From an uncultured Actinomycetota bacterium (GTDB lineage Bacteria; Actinomycetota; Actinomycetes; Actinomycetales; JAHECE01): 64,000 nt of DNA. The notes beneath the pieces are model-generated. The model had not been told where the DNA came from, did no database searches, and saw only the letters and a program-made list of their open reading frames with translations. The position numbers and the translations under genes were made by a program. The stretch covers positions 1,078,645 through 1,142,644 of the forward strand of contig CAWACR010000003.1 in the NCBI GenBank assembly GCA_963780675.1, in the 5' to 3' direction. Numbering within the stretch: the first letter of the stretch is position 1; each line of letters starts with the position of its first letter. Of the stretch, positions 37,575 through 47,714 are shown piece by piece.

Positions 37575-39289
37575 CCGGGCCGGCCGAACCCACTGACGGC
37601 CGCGGGCGAGGCTCCGGCCTCGGGGCCTCCCTGCGGTCCTCCTTCTCGCGCAAGACGGCGGGGAAGGACCTCAGCGCCGGGCTCGTGCTCGGCCTGGAGA
37701 GCGTGCCCGACGGGCTCGCGGCGGGGCTGCTCGCCGGGGTGAACCCGGTCGCGGGCCTGTACGGCTACCTGGTCGGGACGGTCGCGGGCGCGTTCGCGAC
37801 GTCCTCGGTATTCATGTCCGTGCAGGCCACCGGGGCGATGGCGGTGATCATCGCCGACGTCCCGCAGGTGCGTGAAGGGCCCGACGCCGCCACCGCCCTG
37901 TTCACGTTGGCCGTCCTGACCGGGGTCGTGATGCTCCTCGTGGGAGTGCTCCGGCTCGGCTCGCTCGTGCGGTTCGTGCCGAACGCGGTGCTGACCGGGT
38001 TCGTCAACGCCGTCGCCGTCAACATCGTCCTGGGCCAGCTGACCAACTTCACCGGGTACGCGGGGCAGGGCCCGAACCGGATCGCGCGAACGGTCGACAC
38101 GTTCCTCCACATCACCTCCTTCCACTGGCAGACCGTGGCCGTGGGAGCCCTGACCGTCGTCCTCATCGTGGTCCTCGAACGCACCCGCCTCGGCCCCCTC
38201 GGCCTCGTCGCCGCCATCGTCGTGGCCTCCGCCGTCGTTCCTCTGCTGGGCTGGGACAGCGTCGCCCAGCTCAACGACGTCGCGGACATCCCCGGCGGGC
38301 TGCCCACGCCCGTCCTGCCCTCGCTGTCACTCGCCCTGACCCTGCTGGTGCCCGCCGTGTCGCTGGCCTTCGTCGGGCTCGTCCAGGGCGCGGCCATCAG
38401 CCAGTCGGTGCCCAACCCGGACGGGACCTACCCGGACGCCTCCGGCGACTTCCGCGGCCAGGGGGTCGCGAACATCGCCGCCGGGATCTTCCAGGGCATG
38501 CCGGTCGGCGGGTCGATGTCCGCCACCAGCCTGGTCACCACCGCCGGTGCCCGCACCCGACTGGCGAACATCAGCGCGGCCGCCGTCATGGCCGTCGTCA
38601 TCCTGCTGTTCGGTGACGTGGCGGGCGCGATCGCGATGCCTGCGCTCGCGGGCCTGCTCATGGTCATCGGCGTGCGCACGTTCAGGCCCGACCGGGTGAA
38701 GATGGTCTGGCGCACCGGGGGGACCCAGGCGATCGTCATGGTCACCACGTTCGTCCTGACGATCGTGATCCCGCTGCAGTACGCCGTGCTCATCGGGGTC
38801 GCGATGTCGGTGATCCTCTTCGTCGCCCACCAGTCCAACAAGGTCACCGTGATCCGGTGGGTGTTCCCCGCCGGCTCCCCCTTCCCCCACGAGGAGCCGC
38901 CACCCGCCGAGCTGCCGCCCGGCGAGGTCGTCGTCCTGATGGTCTACGGGAGCGTGTTCTTCGCTTCCGCCCAGGTGGTCGAGGCGCAGCTGCCCGCCGT
39001 CACGCCCGCCTCGACGGGCTCCGTCGTCGTGCTGCGCCTGCGCGGCAAGGAGGACCTCGGCTCGACCTTCATCCGCGTCGTCACCCGCTACGCCGACTCC
39101 TTGAACGCCGTCGGCAGCCACCTCGTCCTGGCCGGCGTCGGGGATCACGTCCTGCGCCAGCTCACCGCCACCGGAACCCTCGACGCACTCGGCCCGGACA
39201 ACGTCTTCCCCGCGACTCAGGCGCTCGGCACCTCCGTGACAGCAGCGCTCACTCGCGCGAACGAACTGCTCACCGCACCACCCCGCTGA
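37571..39289 (+). CDS. SulP-family anion permease with STAS domain
   Basis: DLSAGL..G..SVPDGLA.GLLAGVNPVAGLY, GMPVGGSMSAT and YGSVFFASA motifs; GTGA overlap with anSME. Confidence 0.92.
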   Translation: MTGPAEPTDGRGRGSGLGASLRSSFSRKTAGKDLSAGLVLGLESVPDGLAAGLLAGVNPVAGLYGYLVGTVAGAFATSSVFMSVQATGAMAVIIADVPQVREGPDAATALFTLAVLTGVVMLLVGVLRLGSLVRFVPNAVLTGFVNAVAVNIVLGQLTNFTGYAGQGPNRIARTVDTFLHITSFHWQTVAVGALTVVLIVVLERTRLGPLGLVAAIVVASAVVPLLGWDSVAQLNDVADIPGGLPTPVLPSLSLALTLLVPAVSLAFVGLVQGAAISQSVPNPDGTYPDASGDFRGQGVANIAAGIFQGMPVGGSMSATSLVTTAGARTRLANISAAAVMAVVILLFGDVAGAIAMPALAGLLMVIGVRTFRPDRVKMVWRTGGTQAIVMVTTFVLTIVIPLQYAVLIGVAMSVILFVAHQSNKVTVIRWVFPAGSPFPHEEPPPAELPPGEVVVLMVYGSVFFASAQVVEAQLPAVTPASTGSVVVLRLRGKEDLGSTFIRVVTRYADSLNAVGSHLVLAGVGDHVLRQLTATGTLDALGPDNVFPATQALGTSVTAALTRANELLTAPPR

Positions 39290-39319
39290 GTCCGACGGGC
39301 GACCGGACAGTCCGTCCCG

Positions 39320-39545
39320 CAGGCAAGCCTGCAGGACGTGCTCGCGCTCCTGCCGGGAGCGGTCGGGATCTTCGCCGTGGGCTTCGCCGACAGCGTCCTG
39401 ACCGCCCGCTCGTTCGCCGGGCGCCACGGCCAGCACGTCAGCGCGAACCAAGAACTCCTGGCCCTGGGCGCGGCGAACGCCGCCGCCGGCCTCTCCCAGG
39501 CCTTCCCCGTCGGCGCGAGCGGTTCCCGCACCGCCGTCAAACGAG
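39320..39545 (+). pseudogene. Internal fragment of a second SulP permease
   Basis: DVLALLPGAVGIFAVGFADSVLTARSFA...ANQELLALGAANAAAGLSQAFPVGASGSRTAV; both ends missing. Confidence 0.8.
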
Positions 39546-39826
39546 GCGCTGGGTCTCTTCGAGGGTGTCGGGCTCGAGGTTGATGGTGACGTTGTCGCCG
39601 ATTCTCAGGGCGTGTCCCATCGACTCGAGCGTGTCGGTGCCCATGAGGACGGTTGCAGCCCGACGACGGCCGGCCCACGCGCACTGACGTCACCCATGCG
39701 TATCCGACCCCAGGCCGGCGATAGTCCGACGGGGCAGGTTCCCTGCTGATCGCCGCGCCGTGCGGTGGCACGTCGCGGCGACTCCCCGTCACACGCATGC
39801 CAACCGCGGTCCGAGGGTCGGCAAGG

Positions 39827-39845
39827 AATACCCCCATGGGGTATT
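39827..39845. promoter_or_regulatory. CsoR-type copper operator
   Basis: AATACCCC-cat-GGGGTATT palindrome about 185 nt upstream of the Cu-type ATPase; matches the known C/G-tract CsoR operator form. Confidence 0.8.
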
Positions 39846-40028
39846 TGTTGACCGAGGAGCGCCACGGCGACACGGTGCCGGAGACGGGCCTCGAGGACCC
39901 ACCGGCGCCACACCAGCACGGCGTCCGTGCCGGCCGCTGATGCGGTCAGCGCGAACGGACTCGCCGGTGGCGACGACGGCAGACTCACCTGGAGACCCGT
40001 GTCGCTCAAGGAGGGGGGAGCAACTCGC

Positions 40029-42524
40029 ATGAAGACTGTGAAGCGCGTGGTGGTCCTGGAGATGGCGGGGGTTCAGTGGGCCTCCTCGAAGGCGGTGGCC
40101 GAGTCCGTCCTGGGTCGGGTGCCCGGGGTCGTCGCGGTGGCGGTGAACCCGGTCGCCCAGACCGCGAACGTGACGTATGACCCTGCCGTGACGTCGGTGG
40201 CCGAGCTGGCCGGGTGGGTCCGCGACTGCGGCTACCACTGCGCCGGGGCGTCCGTCCCGGACCACGTGTGCGACCCGATGACCGAGCCCGGCCCACCCCT
40301 CGACCACACGCACCACCCCGACCTCGACCACGCGCACCACGTCGAGGCGCACGCCCACGCGGGCGATCACCCGAGCCCCGTGGGGCCCACCGCTGCACCG
40401 GTCGCCCACGCCGAGCACGCGGGCCACCCGATGGCCGACGCCGGGCCCGCAGCCCCGGCGACGCGTCACGCCGGGCACGCGGCGCCCTCGCCCGGGTTGT
40501 CGGCGCATGAGGCGATGGGGCATGGGAGCCACGCGCCGGGGGTGTCGATGGCGGACATGGTCGCCGACATGCGCAACCGGTTCCTGGTGGCGGCGGTGCT
40601 GTCGGTGCCGATCCTGTTGTGGTCCCCGATCGGGCGGGAGGTCCTCGGCTTCGAGGTCCCGGCCCCGTTCGGGCTGCGCGACGACGTCTTCGCCCTGGTC
40701 TTGTCGCTGCCGGTGATCTTCTACTCGGCGTGGATCTTCGTCGACGGCGCCGCCCGCGCCCTGCGCGCACGGACCCTGGACATGATGGTCCTGGTCGCCG
40801 TCGCCGTGGCCGCGGGCTGGGTCTACAGCCTGGGCGTGACCCTGACCGGGGGCGGGGAGGTCTTCTACGAGGCCGCGACGGTGCTGACGGCGTTCGTGCT
40901 GCTGGGGCACTGGTTCGAGATGCGCGCCCGGGGCGGGGCGAACGACGCGATCCGCACCCTGCTGCAGCTCGCCCCGCCCATGGCCGTCGTGCTGCGCGAC
41001 GGCGCGGAGGTCGAGGTCCCCACGGCCGACGTCGCCGTCGGCGACCTCCTCCTGGTCCGCCCCGGCGCGAAGATCCCCACCGACGCCGTCGTCGAGGCCG
41101 GGGAGTCCGAGATCGATGAGTCCATGGTCACGGGTGAGTCCCTGCCCGTGGCCAAGGCGCCGGGCGACGCGGTCATCGGGGCCTCGGTCAACACCACCGG
41201 CACCCTGCGGGTCCGGGCCACCAAGGTCGGGGCAGACACCGCGCTGGCCCAGATCGTGGCCCTGGTCCAGGAAGCGCAGAACTCCAAAGCCCCCGGCCAA
41301 CGCCTGGCCGACCGGGCCGCGTTCTGGCTCGTCCTCGTCGCCCTGGTCGGCGGGACCCTGACCTTCGCCGTCTGGCTCGCCAGCGGGGCGGGGGTGGAAA
41401 CGGCGCTGCTGTTCGCCATCACGGTGGTGGTCATCACCTGCCCCGACGCCCTCGGCCTGGCCACCCCGACGGCGATCATGGTCGGCTCCGGCCTCGGCGC
41501 CCAGCGCGGGGTGCTGTTCAAGAACGCCACCGCGATCGAGACCGCCGCCCGCATCGACACCGTCGTGATGGACAAGACCGGCACCCTCACCCGGGGCGAA
41601 CCCGAGGTCACCGACCTCGTCCTCGACGGGATCACCGAGGACGACCTCCTGCCCCTGCTCGCCGCCGTCGAGCGGGAGTCCGAGCACCCGCTCGCCGCCG
41701 CGATCGTCCGCTACACCGACACCCGCGGCACCGCCACCCTGACCGCGGCCGAGTTCCGCAACGTCCCCGGACACGGCGCGAGCGCCGTCGTCGCCGGCAA
41801 GCGCGTCCTGGTCGGCACCCGCCGCCTCATGGCCGCCGAAGGCGTGGACGACGGCGCCCTCGCAACCCGGCGGGAGGCCCTCGCCGCGGCCGGGCGCACC
41901 GCCGTCCTGGTCGCCGTCGACGGCCGGGCGCTCGCCGTCCTCGCCCTCGCCGACGCCCCACGCGAGACCGCGCCCGCCGCCGTCGCCGCCCTGCACGACG
42001 CCGGCATCACAGTCGTCATACTCACCGGCGACAACCAGGCCACCGCCGAACGCATCGCCGCCCACCTCGGCATCGACAGCGTCATCGCCGAGGTCCTGCC
42101 CGGCGACAAAGCCGCCCACATCGCCGCCCTCCAGGCCCAGGGCAAGCACGTGGCGATGGTCGGCGACGGCGTCAACGACGCCCCCGCCCTGGCCCAGGCC
42201 GACCTCGGCATCGCCATCGGCGCCGGCACCGACGTCGCGATCGAGACCGCCGACGTCGTCCTCATGCGCTCCGACCCCCTCGACGTCCCCACCGCCCTGA
42301 CCATCGGGCGCGGCACCCTGCGCAAGATGCGCCAGAACCTCGGCTGGGCCATCGGCTACAACACCATCGCCCTGCCCATCGCCGCCGGCATCTTCATGCC
42401 CTCCCTCGGGCTCATGCTCCGACCCGAGATCGCCGCCCTCTCCATGTCCGGCTCCAGCTTCCTCGTCGCCGTCAACGCCCTCCTCCTCAAACGCCTCCAC
42501 CTGCCCGCGGTTCAGGGCGAGTGA
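40029..42524 (+). CDS. Heavy-metal (copper-type) P1B ATPase
   Basis: His-rich N-region, [45 protein letters not shown] and MSGSS motifs; AAGGAGG RBS. Confidence 0.93.
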   Translation: MKTVKRVVVLEMAGVQWASSKAVAESVLGRVPGVVAVAVNPVAQTANVTYDPAVTSVAELAGWVRDCGYHCAGASVPDHVCDPMTEPGPPLDHTHHPDLDHAHHVEAHAHAGDHPSPVGPTAAPVAHAEHAGHPMADAGPAAPATRHAGHAAPSPGLSAHEAMGHGSHAPGVSMADMVADMRNRFLVAAVLSVPILLWSPIGREVLGFEVPAPFGLRDDVFALVLSLPVIFYSAWIFVDGAARALRARTLDMMVLVAVAVAAGWVYSLGVTLTGGGEVFYEAATVLTAFVLLGHWFEMRARGGANDAIRTLLQLAPPMAVVLRDGAEVEVPTADVAVGDLLLVRPGAKIPTDAVVEAGESEIDESMVTGESLPVAKAPGDAVIGASVNTTGTLRVRATKVGADTALAQIVALVQEAQNSKAPGQRLADRAAFWLVLVALVGGTLTFAVWLASGAGVETALLFAITVVVITCPDALGLATPTAIMVGSGLGAQRGVLFKNATAIETAARIDTVVMDKTGTLTRGEPEVTDLVLDGITEDDLLPLLAAVERESEHPLAAAIVRYTDTRGTATLTAAEFRNVPGHGASAVVAGKRVLVGTRRLMAAEGVDDGALATRREALAAAGRTAVLVAVDGRALAVLALADAPRETAPAAVAALHDAGITVVILTGDNQATAERIAAHLGIDSVIAEVLPGDKAAHIAALQAQGKHVAMVGDGVNDAPALAQADLGIAIGAGTDVAIETADVVLMRSDPLDVPTALTIGRGTLRKMRQNLGWAIGYNTIALPIAAGIFMPSLGLMLRPEIAALSMSGSSFLVAVNALLLKRLHLPAVQGE

Positions 42525-43666
42525 GGCGCGCCGGGGAGGTGGATTCGGAACGTGGCGCCGGTCCCGGGGCCGCCGCTGCGGGCCGTCAGGGTGCCGCCGT
42601 GGGCCTCGATGATCGCGCGGGCGATCGTCAGGCCGACGCCGCTCCCGCTGCCGTTGCGGGTGCGGGAGGCCTCGACCCGGTAGAAGCGCTCGAAGATCCG
42701 CTCGGCCTCGGCCGGGTCGAACCCCTCCCCCGTGTCGGCGACGTCGATGCCCACCCCGTCAGGCTCCGCCCCGACGGCCAGGCGCACCTCGCCGCCGGGC
42801 GGGGTGTGCCGCCGGGCGTTGTCCAGGAGGTTCGCCAGCGCCTCCGCGAGTCGCCGGGAATCGGCTCGCAGGTCCGAGACCCCCCCGGGGACCTCGATCT
42901 CCAGCCGCACCCCTGCGCCTGCGAACCGGGCGCGCTCGGCCGCGACAACCTCCCGGGCAACCTCGGCGACGTCGACCGACTCCAGGTGCAGGGCCAGTTG
43001 ACGCTCCTCCGCGCGCGAGACAGCCGACATGTCCGCCACGAGGTGGTTCAGGCGGTCCGTCTGCTGGCGCAGGGTGGCGAGCGTCTCCGGGTCAGCGCGG
43101 AGCACCCCGTCGACGACCGCGTCGACGGTCGCCCCCAGGGAAGCCAGCGGGGTCCGCAGCTCGTGGGCGAGGTCCCCGATCAGGCGCCGCCGGGTGGACT
43201 CCGTCTGCGCCAGCCGATCGGCCATCGCGTTGAACGCGGCCGCGAGCCGCGCGAACTCCGGGCCGATCCCGGGCGCCTCGACCCGCGCGCGCAGGTCACC
43301 ACCGGCGATGCGGTCGGCCGCCGCCGCGACCGCGGTCACCGAACGCGCGAGCCGCTGCGCGACGACCCAGGCCACCGCGAACGCCGTCAGCAGGGCCACC
43401 GGGACCGCGACGCCGAGAGAAATCAGCATCGCGTTCGCGAAGGCCTCGTCGACGTGGGCCTGGACCGCGGGCTCGACGTCGGCGTCGAGCACGACCTCCA
43501 GGTGGGCATGGAACACCTGCGGGGCCACGACCAACGCGACGACCAGCAACGTCACCGCCCCGGCCAGCACGACGAGCCCGAGCACGGCCGCCAGCCGCCA
43601 CGCGATGCCCAGGGGCGGTCGAGGGGATCCGGACGCGGGCCCGTGCCCCTCGGGACCCGGTCTCAT
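42512..43666 (-). CDS. Sensor histidine kinase (CopS/BaeS-like)
   Basis: [31 protein letters not shown] and GSGVGLTI motifs; short sensor loop FHAHL ... HVDEAF. Confidence 0.93.
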   Translation of the reverse strand: MRPGPEGHGPASGSPRPPLGIAWRLAAVLGLVVLAGAVTLLVVALVVAPQVFHAHLEVVLDADVEPAVQAHVDEAFANAMLISLGVAVPVALLTAFAVAWVVAQRLARSVTAVAAAADRIAGGDLRARVEAPGIGPEFARLAAAFNAMADRLAQTESTRRRLIGDLAHELRTPLASLGATVDAVVDGVLRADPETLATLRQQTDRLNHLVADMSAVSRAEERQLALHLESVDVAEVAREVVAAERARFAGAGVRLEIEVPGGVSDLRADSRRLAEALANLLDNARRHTPPGGEVRLAVGAEPDGVGIDVADTGEGFDPAEAERIFERFYRVEASRTRNGSGSGVGLTIARAIIEAHGGTLTARSGGPGTGATFRIHLPGAPHSP

Positions 43667-44424
43667 CCGGGACCCATCCGGTACCCGACGCCGCGCACGG
43701 TCAGCACGTACTTCGGGTCGGCGGGGTCGTCGCCGAGCTTGCGACGTACGTGACCCAGGTGGATGTCCACCAAGCGCTCGTCCCCGTACCAACCTGGGCC
43801 CCAGACCCGTTCGATGAGCTGTGCCCGGGTGAACGCGGTCCGCGGCCGGGAGGACAACGCCTCGAGAAGATCGAACTCCGTGCGGGTCAGCACGACCAGC
43901 CGGCCCTCGAGCCACACCTCCCGGGCCTCCGGATCGATCGTCAAGGCCCCAAAGCGGCGCCCCGGCGGGCCTGCGTCACTGGGCTCGGCACGCGAGGAGG
44001 AGCCGCGCGGGCGGCGCAGCAGACTGCGGATCCGAGCCACCAGGACCCGGGGGGAGAACGGCTTGGTCAGGTAGTCATCCGCCCCGACCGACAGACCGAG
44101 GAGGGTGTCGATCTCCTCCGCGCGGGCGGTCAGCATGATCACGTACGTCTCGGAGAACGTCCGCAACCGGCGGCACACCTCCAGACCGTCGATCCCCGGC
44201 ATCATCACGTCCAGCACGACGACGTCGGGCTCCGCCTCCCGGGCCAGGCGCAGCGCCTCGAAGCCGTCGGCCGCGGTCAGCACCTCGAAGCCCTCATGCT
44301 CCAGATACGCGGCCACGACCCGCACGAGCGCCGGCTCGTCGTCCACGACCAGCGCCCGAACCACGACGGGCCCGGACGGCCCCGCGGACTGCCCCGGCAC
44401 CGGCGTGCTCAGCTGTTCGACCAC
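43663..44424 (-). CDS. OmpR-family response regulator (CopR-like)
   Basis: LVVDDE, LDVMMPGIDG, GADDYLTKPFSPR and TVRGVGYR motifs. Exact start uncertain. Confidence 0.93.
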   Translation of the reverse strand: MVEQLSTPVPGQSAGPSGPVVVRALVVDDEPALVRVVAAYLEHEGFEVLTAADGFEALRLAREAEPDVVVLDVMMPGIDGLEVCRRLRTFSETYVIMLTARAEEIDTLLGLSVGADDYLTKPFSPRVLVARIRSLLRRPRGSSSRAEPSDAGPPGRRFGALTIDPEAREVWLEGRLVVLTRTEFDLLEALSSRPRTAFTRAQLIERVWGPGWYGDERLVDIHLGHVRRKLGDDPADPKYVLTVRGVGYRMGPG

Positions 44425-44658
44425 TCATCCATCATCCCGGGCCCCGAAACCGCGGGACCCTTCCATCATGCCGGGCCTGTCACCGCGCTGCTCCTGCCAC
44501 TCCCGGGAGACGCCGCCCGGGCAGGCCCCCGCCGAGAATCCCGACGTGTGGCCGAACGCCCCGCCCCACGCCGAAGCGGCCAGAACCGTCCCGATCAGCA
44601 CCGTCACGGCGACCACCAGGGCCGCGATCAGCCACCCGCGCCGGGCCGTGGCGCTCAT
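44425..44658 (-). CDS. Small exported protein, possibly truncated
   Basis: ATGA-coupled to the SHOCT gene; signal/TM segment followed by a PGMMEG segment; 77 aa. Confidence 0.5.
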   Translation of the reverse strand: MSATARRGWLIAALVVAVTVLIGTVLAASAWGGAFGHTSGFSAGACPGGVSREWQEQRGDRPGMMEGSRGFGARDDG

Positions 44659-44927
44659 TGCCCGCCCCCACGCGCCTCGACCAGGGCGGCACGCTGCGCC
44701 TTGTAGGTCTCGAGGTCCACCTCGCCCCGGGCGAAGCGTCGGTCCAGGATCTCCAGCGGGGACTCCGGCGCCGCAACCTGCGGAAGGACCGGCGGCGCTG
44801 CGGGCTGGGCCTTCGACGGCAGCAACTTCACGACCAGCCAGATGATCAACGCGATCAGCGCGACCCAGAACAACCCCATGAACACCCACATACCCGGGCC
44901 CATGCCGCCGCCGTACCAACCCATCAT
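44655..44927 (-). CDS. SHOCT-domain membrane protein
   Basis: MMGWYGGGMGPGMW, a TM helix, then LEILDRRFARGEVDLETY. Confidence 0.88.
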   Translation of the reverse strand: MMGWYGGGMGPGMWVFMGLFWVALIALIIWLVVKLLPSKAQPAAPPVLPQVAAPESPLEILDRRFARGEVDLETYKAQRAALVEARGGGQ

Positions 44928-45000
44928 CGCCGTCTCCACATCTCCGACAACGCTCTCTCGCTACGGCACCAGCATCACCCACCCACACGACGATCCCGAC

Positions 45001-45026
45001 AAGAGACGACGAAGATCCGACGAAGA
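45001..45026 (-). promoter_or_regulatory. 11-bp-period direct repeat, probable site of the adjacent response regulator
   Basis: AAGA at 45001, 45012 and 45023 (cgacaagaga cgacgaagatc cgacgaagaac), upstream of the SHOCT/TCS operon. Confidence 0.55.
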
Positions 45027-45183
45027 ACACCCGACCCCGGCGCGGGACTGCCTCTGCTCCCGCCCCGAACATCCATACGGCATCGCCCTGCTGGCGGTGC
45101 TCCCCGGCGTGCGCGTGGGGGTTTCCTACCGGCTGGAAGTCCCGGCCCAGCCTGCGGTGTTTGATGGGTGAGAGTCTTGGCGT

Positions 45184-46104
45184 GTGGAAGGCAACGAGAC
45201 AGCTGACGTCGTGGTGCTTTCCCCCCATCTGGACGATGCCGTCCTCTCGATGGGCGCCGCGATCGCCAGAATGACTCACGGGGGGCGTCGAGTGCAGGTC
45301 TGCACCGCGTACACCTCCGGGCCGCCCCTCGAGGCGATCCCGCCCCGCCACCGCGCGTTCGGCAACTACGGGCTCCGAGAGGCCGAGGACGACCGCGCGC
45401 TGGAACGCCTCGGCGCCGACCATCATCGCCTCGGCCTTCACGAAGGGATCTGGCGCGAGCCACGGCCGAGGAGCCTTGTCGGGGCCTTCCGGACCCCCGA
45501 CGCCGTCGCGGCGTTCGACGAGCTTCCTCGCCTCACCGCCGTCGTCCGGGAGATCCTGAGCCAGCCGGACGTCGAGGTGTATGCGCCGCTCGGAGTGGGT
45601 CACCACGTCGACCACACCGAGGTCACCCTTGCTGTGCTGCACGCAGCGATCGAGTCCGACGCGTGGGGCCGGCTCGCCTTCTACGAGGACTTCTACGCCC
45701 TCGGCGAGTCCATACGGCGTCAGCACCCGATCTCCCGGCGGCGCGAGTGGCCACTGACCCAGGCGACCGGATGGACCGCACCCCTTGGCGGTCTCAGGTT
45801 CTGGCTCACCGCGCTGATCCCGCGCGGGCCTCAGCTCGACGACTACCTGCCGACCATCCGCACGATGTCCTGGACGTGCGAGCCCCGGCCCGTCGAGGGT
45901 TTCGAGGAGGTCAAGTTCGAGGCGATCGCCGAGTATCGGTCCCAGCTGCCGATGCTTGGCGGCCTGTCACAGATCGAGAAGCTCTACCGCCGCGCGCATC
46001 GTGTTCGAGGCGGCGAGCTCTTCTGGCGCGCTTCGGCCGCCACCTCCTCGACGGACGACGGACGCGCCCGCGGAGCGTACCCGGCGCCTGACCGCCCCGG
46101 GTAG
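45184..46104 (+). CDS. PIG-L / LmbE-family deacetylase
   Basis: LSPHLDDAVLS, REAED, PLGVGHHVDH, FYED and YRSQ motifs. Confidence 0.88.
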   Translation: MEGNETADVVVLSPHLDDAVLSMGAAIARMTHGGRRVQVCTAYTSGPPLEAIPPRHRAFGNYGLREAEDDRALERLGADHHRLGLHEGIWREPRPRSLVGAFRTPDAVAAFDELPRLTAVVREILSQPDVEVYAPLGVGHHVDHTEVTLAVLHAAIESDAWGRLAFYEDFYALGESIRRQHPISRRREWPLTQATGWTAPLGGLRFWLTALIPRGPQLDDYLPTIRTMSWTCEPRPVEGFEEVKFEAIAEYRSQLPMLGGLSQIEKLYRRAHRVRGGELFWRASAATSSTDDGRARGAYPAPDRPG

Positions 46105-47379
46105 GCGTGACGACAGCCGCGGCGGTGCGGCGCCCAGACGTCGGCGCGCCTGCACCGCCCGTCCGAGGACCGCGGCGAGCTTCGAGGCCTGAGCGGCCTC
46201 GCCCACCTCAGCCGCCCGCCGTCGGGCCGCCTCGCCTAACCGCTCCCGGAGATCCGGGTCCTGCAGCCGGCGCATGCCCTCGGCGAACGCCCCAGGATCA
46301 TGGGCGACGACGATCGCCGACACCCCGTCACAGACCACCGGATTGACCTCACCGTCGGCGACGAGCAGGGGCAGGCCCTCGTGCGCCGCTTCGTTCAGCA
46401 CGAAGGCCTGCGTCTCGACGACCGAGGGGAAGGCGAAGACGTCGGCGCTCGCGTACACCCCCTGCAACCTGGAGCGCTCGTACGGGCCGAGCAGGGTCAG
46501 CCGATCGGCAACGCCGAGCCGCTCGGCCTCCTCGGCAAGGTCCTCACGCAACGGACCCTCTCCCACCATCACCATGTGCACATCGGCGCCGGCGTCGACG
46601 GCCGACCGCAGCGCTCGCACGAGCAGGGAGAGGCTCTTCTCAGGTGCGAAGCGGCCGACGTACAGCACTCGCAGTGCGCCCTCGCGCCAGCGCAACTCGC
46701 TCGGGGGAGGCGTCGGCGGCAGCCGGTCAACACCCGCGGGGAAGAGCGTCACCGGCAGCCCACCCCCCGGAAGGCCGTATGCCGGGAGCGACTTAGGTGA
46801 CAGCAGCAACACCTCCGAGGCTTCAGCGTTGAGTGCGCTCGCCCACCGTGCGGCCATGTCCTCGGCCGACCAGCGCCGCCGCGCCGCTTTCACCTGCGAC
46901 GAACGCTGGAACGCGTCCCGAGCGTGTCGGGCGGTCAGCAGAACGACGGCGGGCTTCGGGCCCATGGCCACCGCGGCCCGGCCGACGCTGTAGTACTGCG
47001 CGGCCCCGATCGTGTCGGTGGACACGACAAGCACGACCGGTATCGAGTACCGGGCCGCGACAGTGACTCCGAGTGCGCCGACCCGACCAGGTGTGGCGAT
47101 GAGGATCACGTCGGGCAGCGGCTCGCGGTTGGCCCTCCGGAGCTCGACAAGACTCGAGAACCGTGCGTGGTAGTCGCCGCGGTAGGAGACGTGACGCAGC
47201 GTCCGGAAGGTCACGGACGCGGAGTCTCGGGATCGCGCACCCCACCGTCCCGACGGGACGAACGTTCGCGTACGCATCTCCTGGCTGCGCAGTTCCCGAA
47301 CCCACGACTCCACCATGTAGGAGACGCCGGACACCGTTCCGAGTGGAACGTCGCAGAAGATCCACACGCACAACGACAC
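45967..47379 (-). CDS. Glycosyltransferase family 4 (GT-B)
   Basis: SGVS N-motif, LYVGRFAPEKS and YASADVFAFPSVVETQAFVLNEAA. Start uncertain; 3' end overlaps the convergent PIG-L gene. Confidence 0.85.
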   Translation of the reverse strand: MSLCVWIFCDVPLGTVSGVSYMVESWVRELRSQEMRTRTFVPSGRWGARSRDSASVTFRTLRHVSYRGDYHARFSSLVELRRANREPLPDVILIATPGRVGALGVTVAARYSIPVVLVVSTDTIGAAQYYSVGRAAVAMGPKPAVVLLTARHARDAFQRSSQVKAARRRWSAEDMAARWASALNAEASEVLLLSPKSLPAYGLPGGGLPVTLFPAGVDRLPPTPPPSELRWREGALRVLYVGRFAPEKSLSLLVRALRSAVDAGADVHMVMVGEGPLREDLAEEAERLGVADRLTLLGPYERSRLQGVYASADVFAFPSVVETQAFVLNEAAHEGLPLLVADGEVNPVVCDGVSAIVVAHDPGAFAEGMRRLQDPDLRERLGEAARRRAAEVGEAAQASKLAAVLGRAVQARRRLGAAPPRLSSRLPGAVRRRVRSAGASVVRRGGGGRSAPEELAASNTMRAAVELLDL

Positions 47380-47488
47380 CGCAACCGACTCCCTGAACGA
47401 TGACACCCGCAGCACAGGCCTGAAGCAGGCGACAGTCCCGCTCCCGCGGGACAGGGGCCAGTGCCCCCGGATACCAGGATGCACTGCC

Positions 47489-47549
47489 TGCCCTCATCAG
47501 CGTGCCCTCATCAGCGTGCCCTCATCAGCGTGCCCTCATCAGCGTGCCC
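47489..47549 (+). repeat. 14-bp perfect tandem repeat (tgccctcatcagcg), 4 copies plus a partial
   Basis: Exact units at 47489, 47503, 47517 and 47531, then tgccc. Confidence 0.92.
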
Positions 47550-47714
47550 CAGCGCAGCCGTCAGCGTGACGACCACGACGTCACCGTTCCGACCAAGCCG
47601 TCACCTCGCCGACGAACCACCCGAAACCCGTCTCCATCCGCAGTGACGGCATCATCGTCAGAACCAGTGACGGTCAACACGGCTCTGGCCTCTCGTGCGT
47701 ACGATCTAGCCATC

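Noticed and set aside
47489-47549. Tandem repeat as a CRISPR array
   Set aside because: The units are contiguous 14-mers with no spacers, and no cas genes are present.
47600-47690. Possible IS terminal sequence (gaaacccgtctccatccgcagtgac)
   Set aside because: No matching inverted repeat or transposase fragment found by eye.
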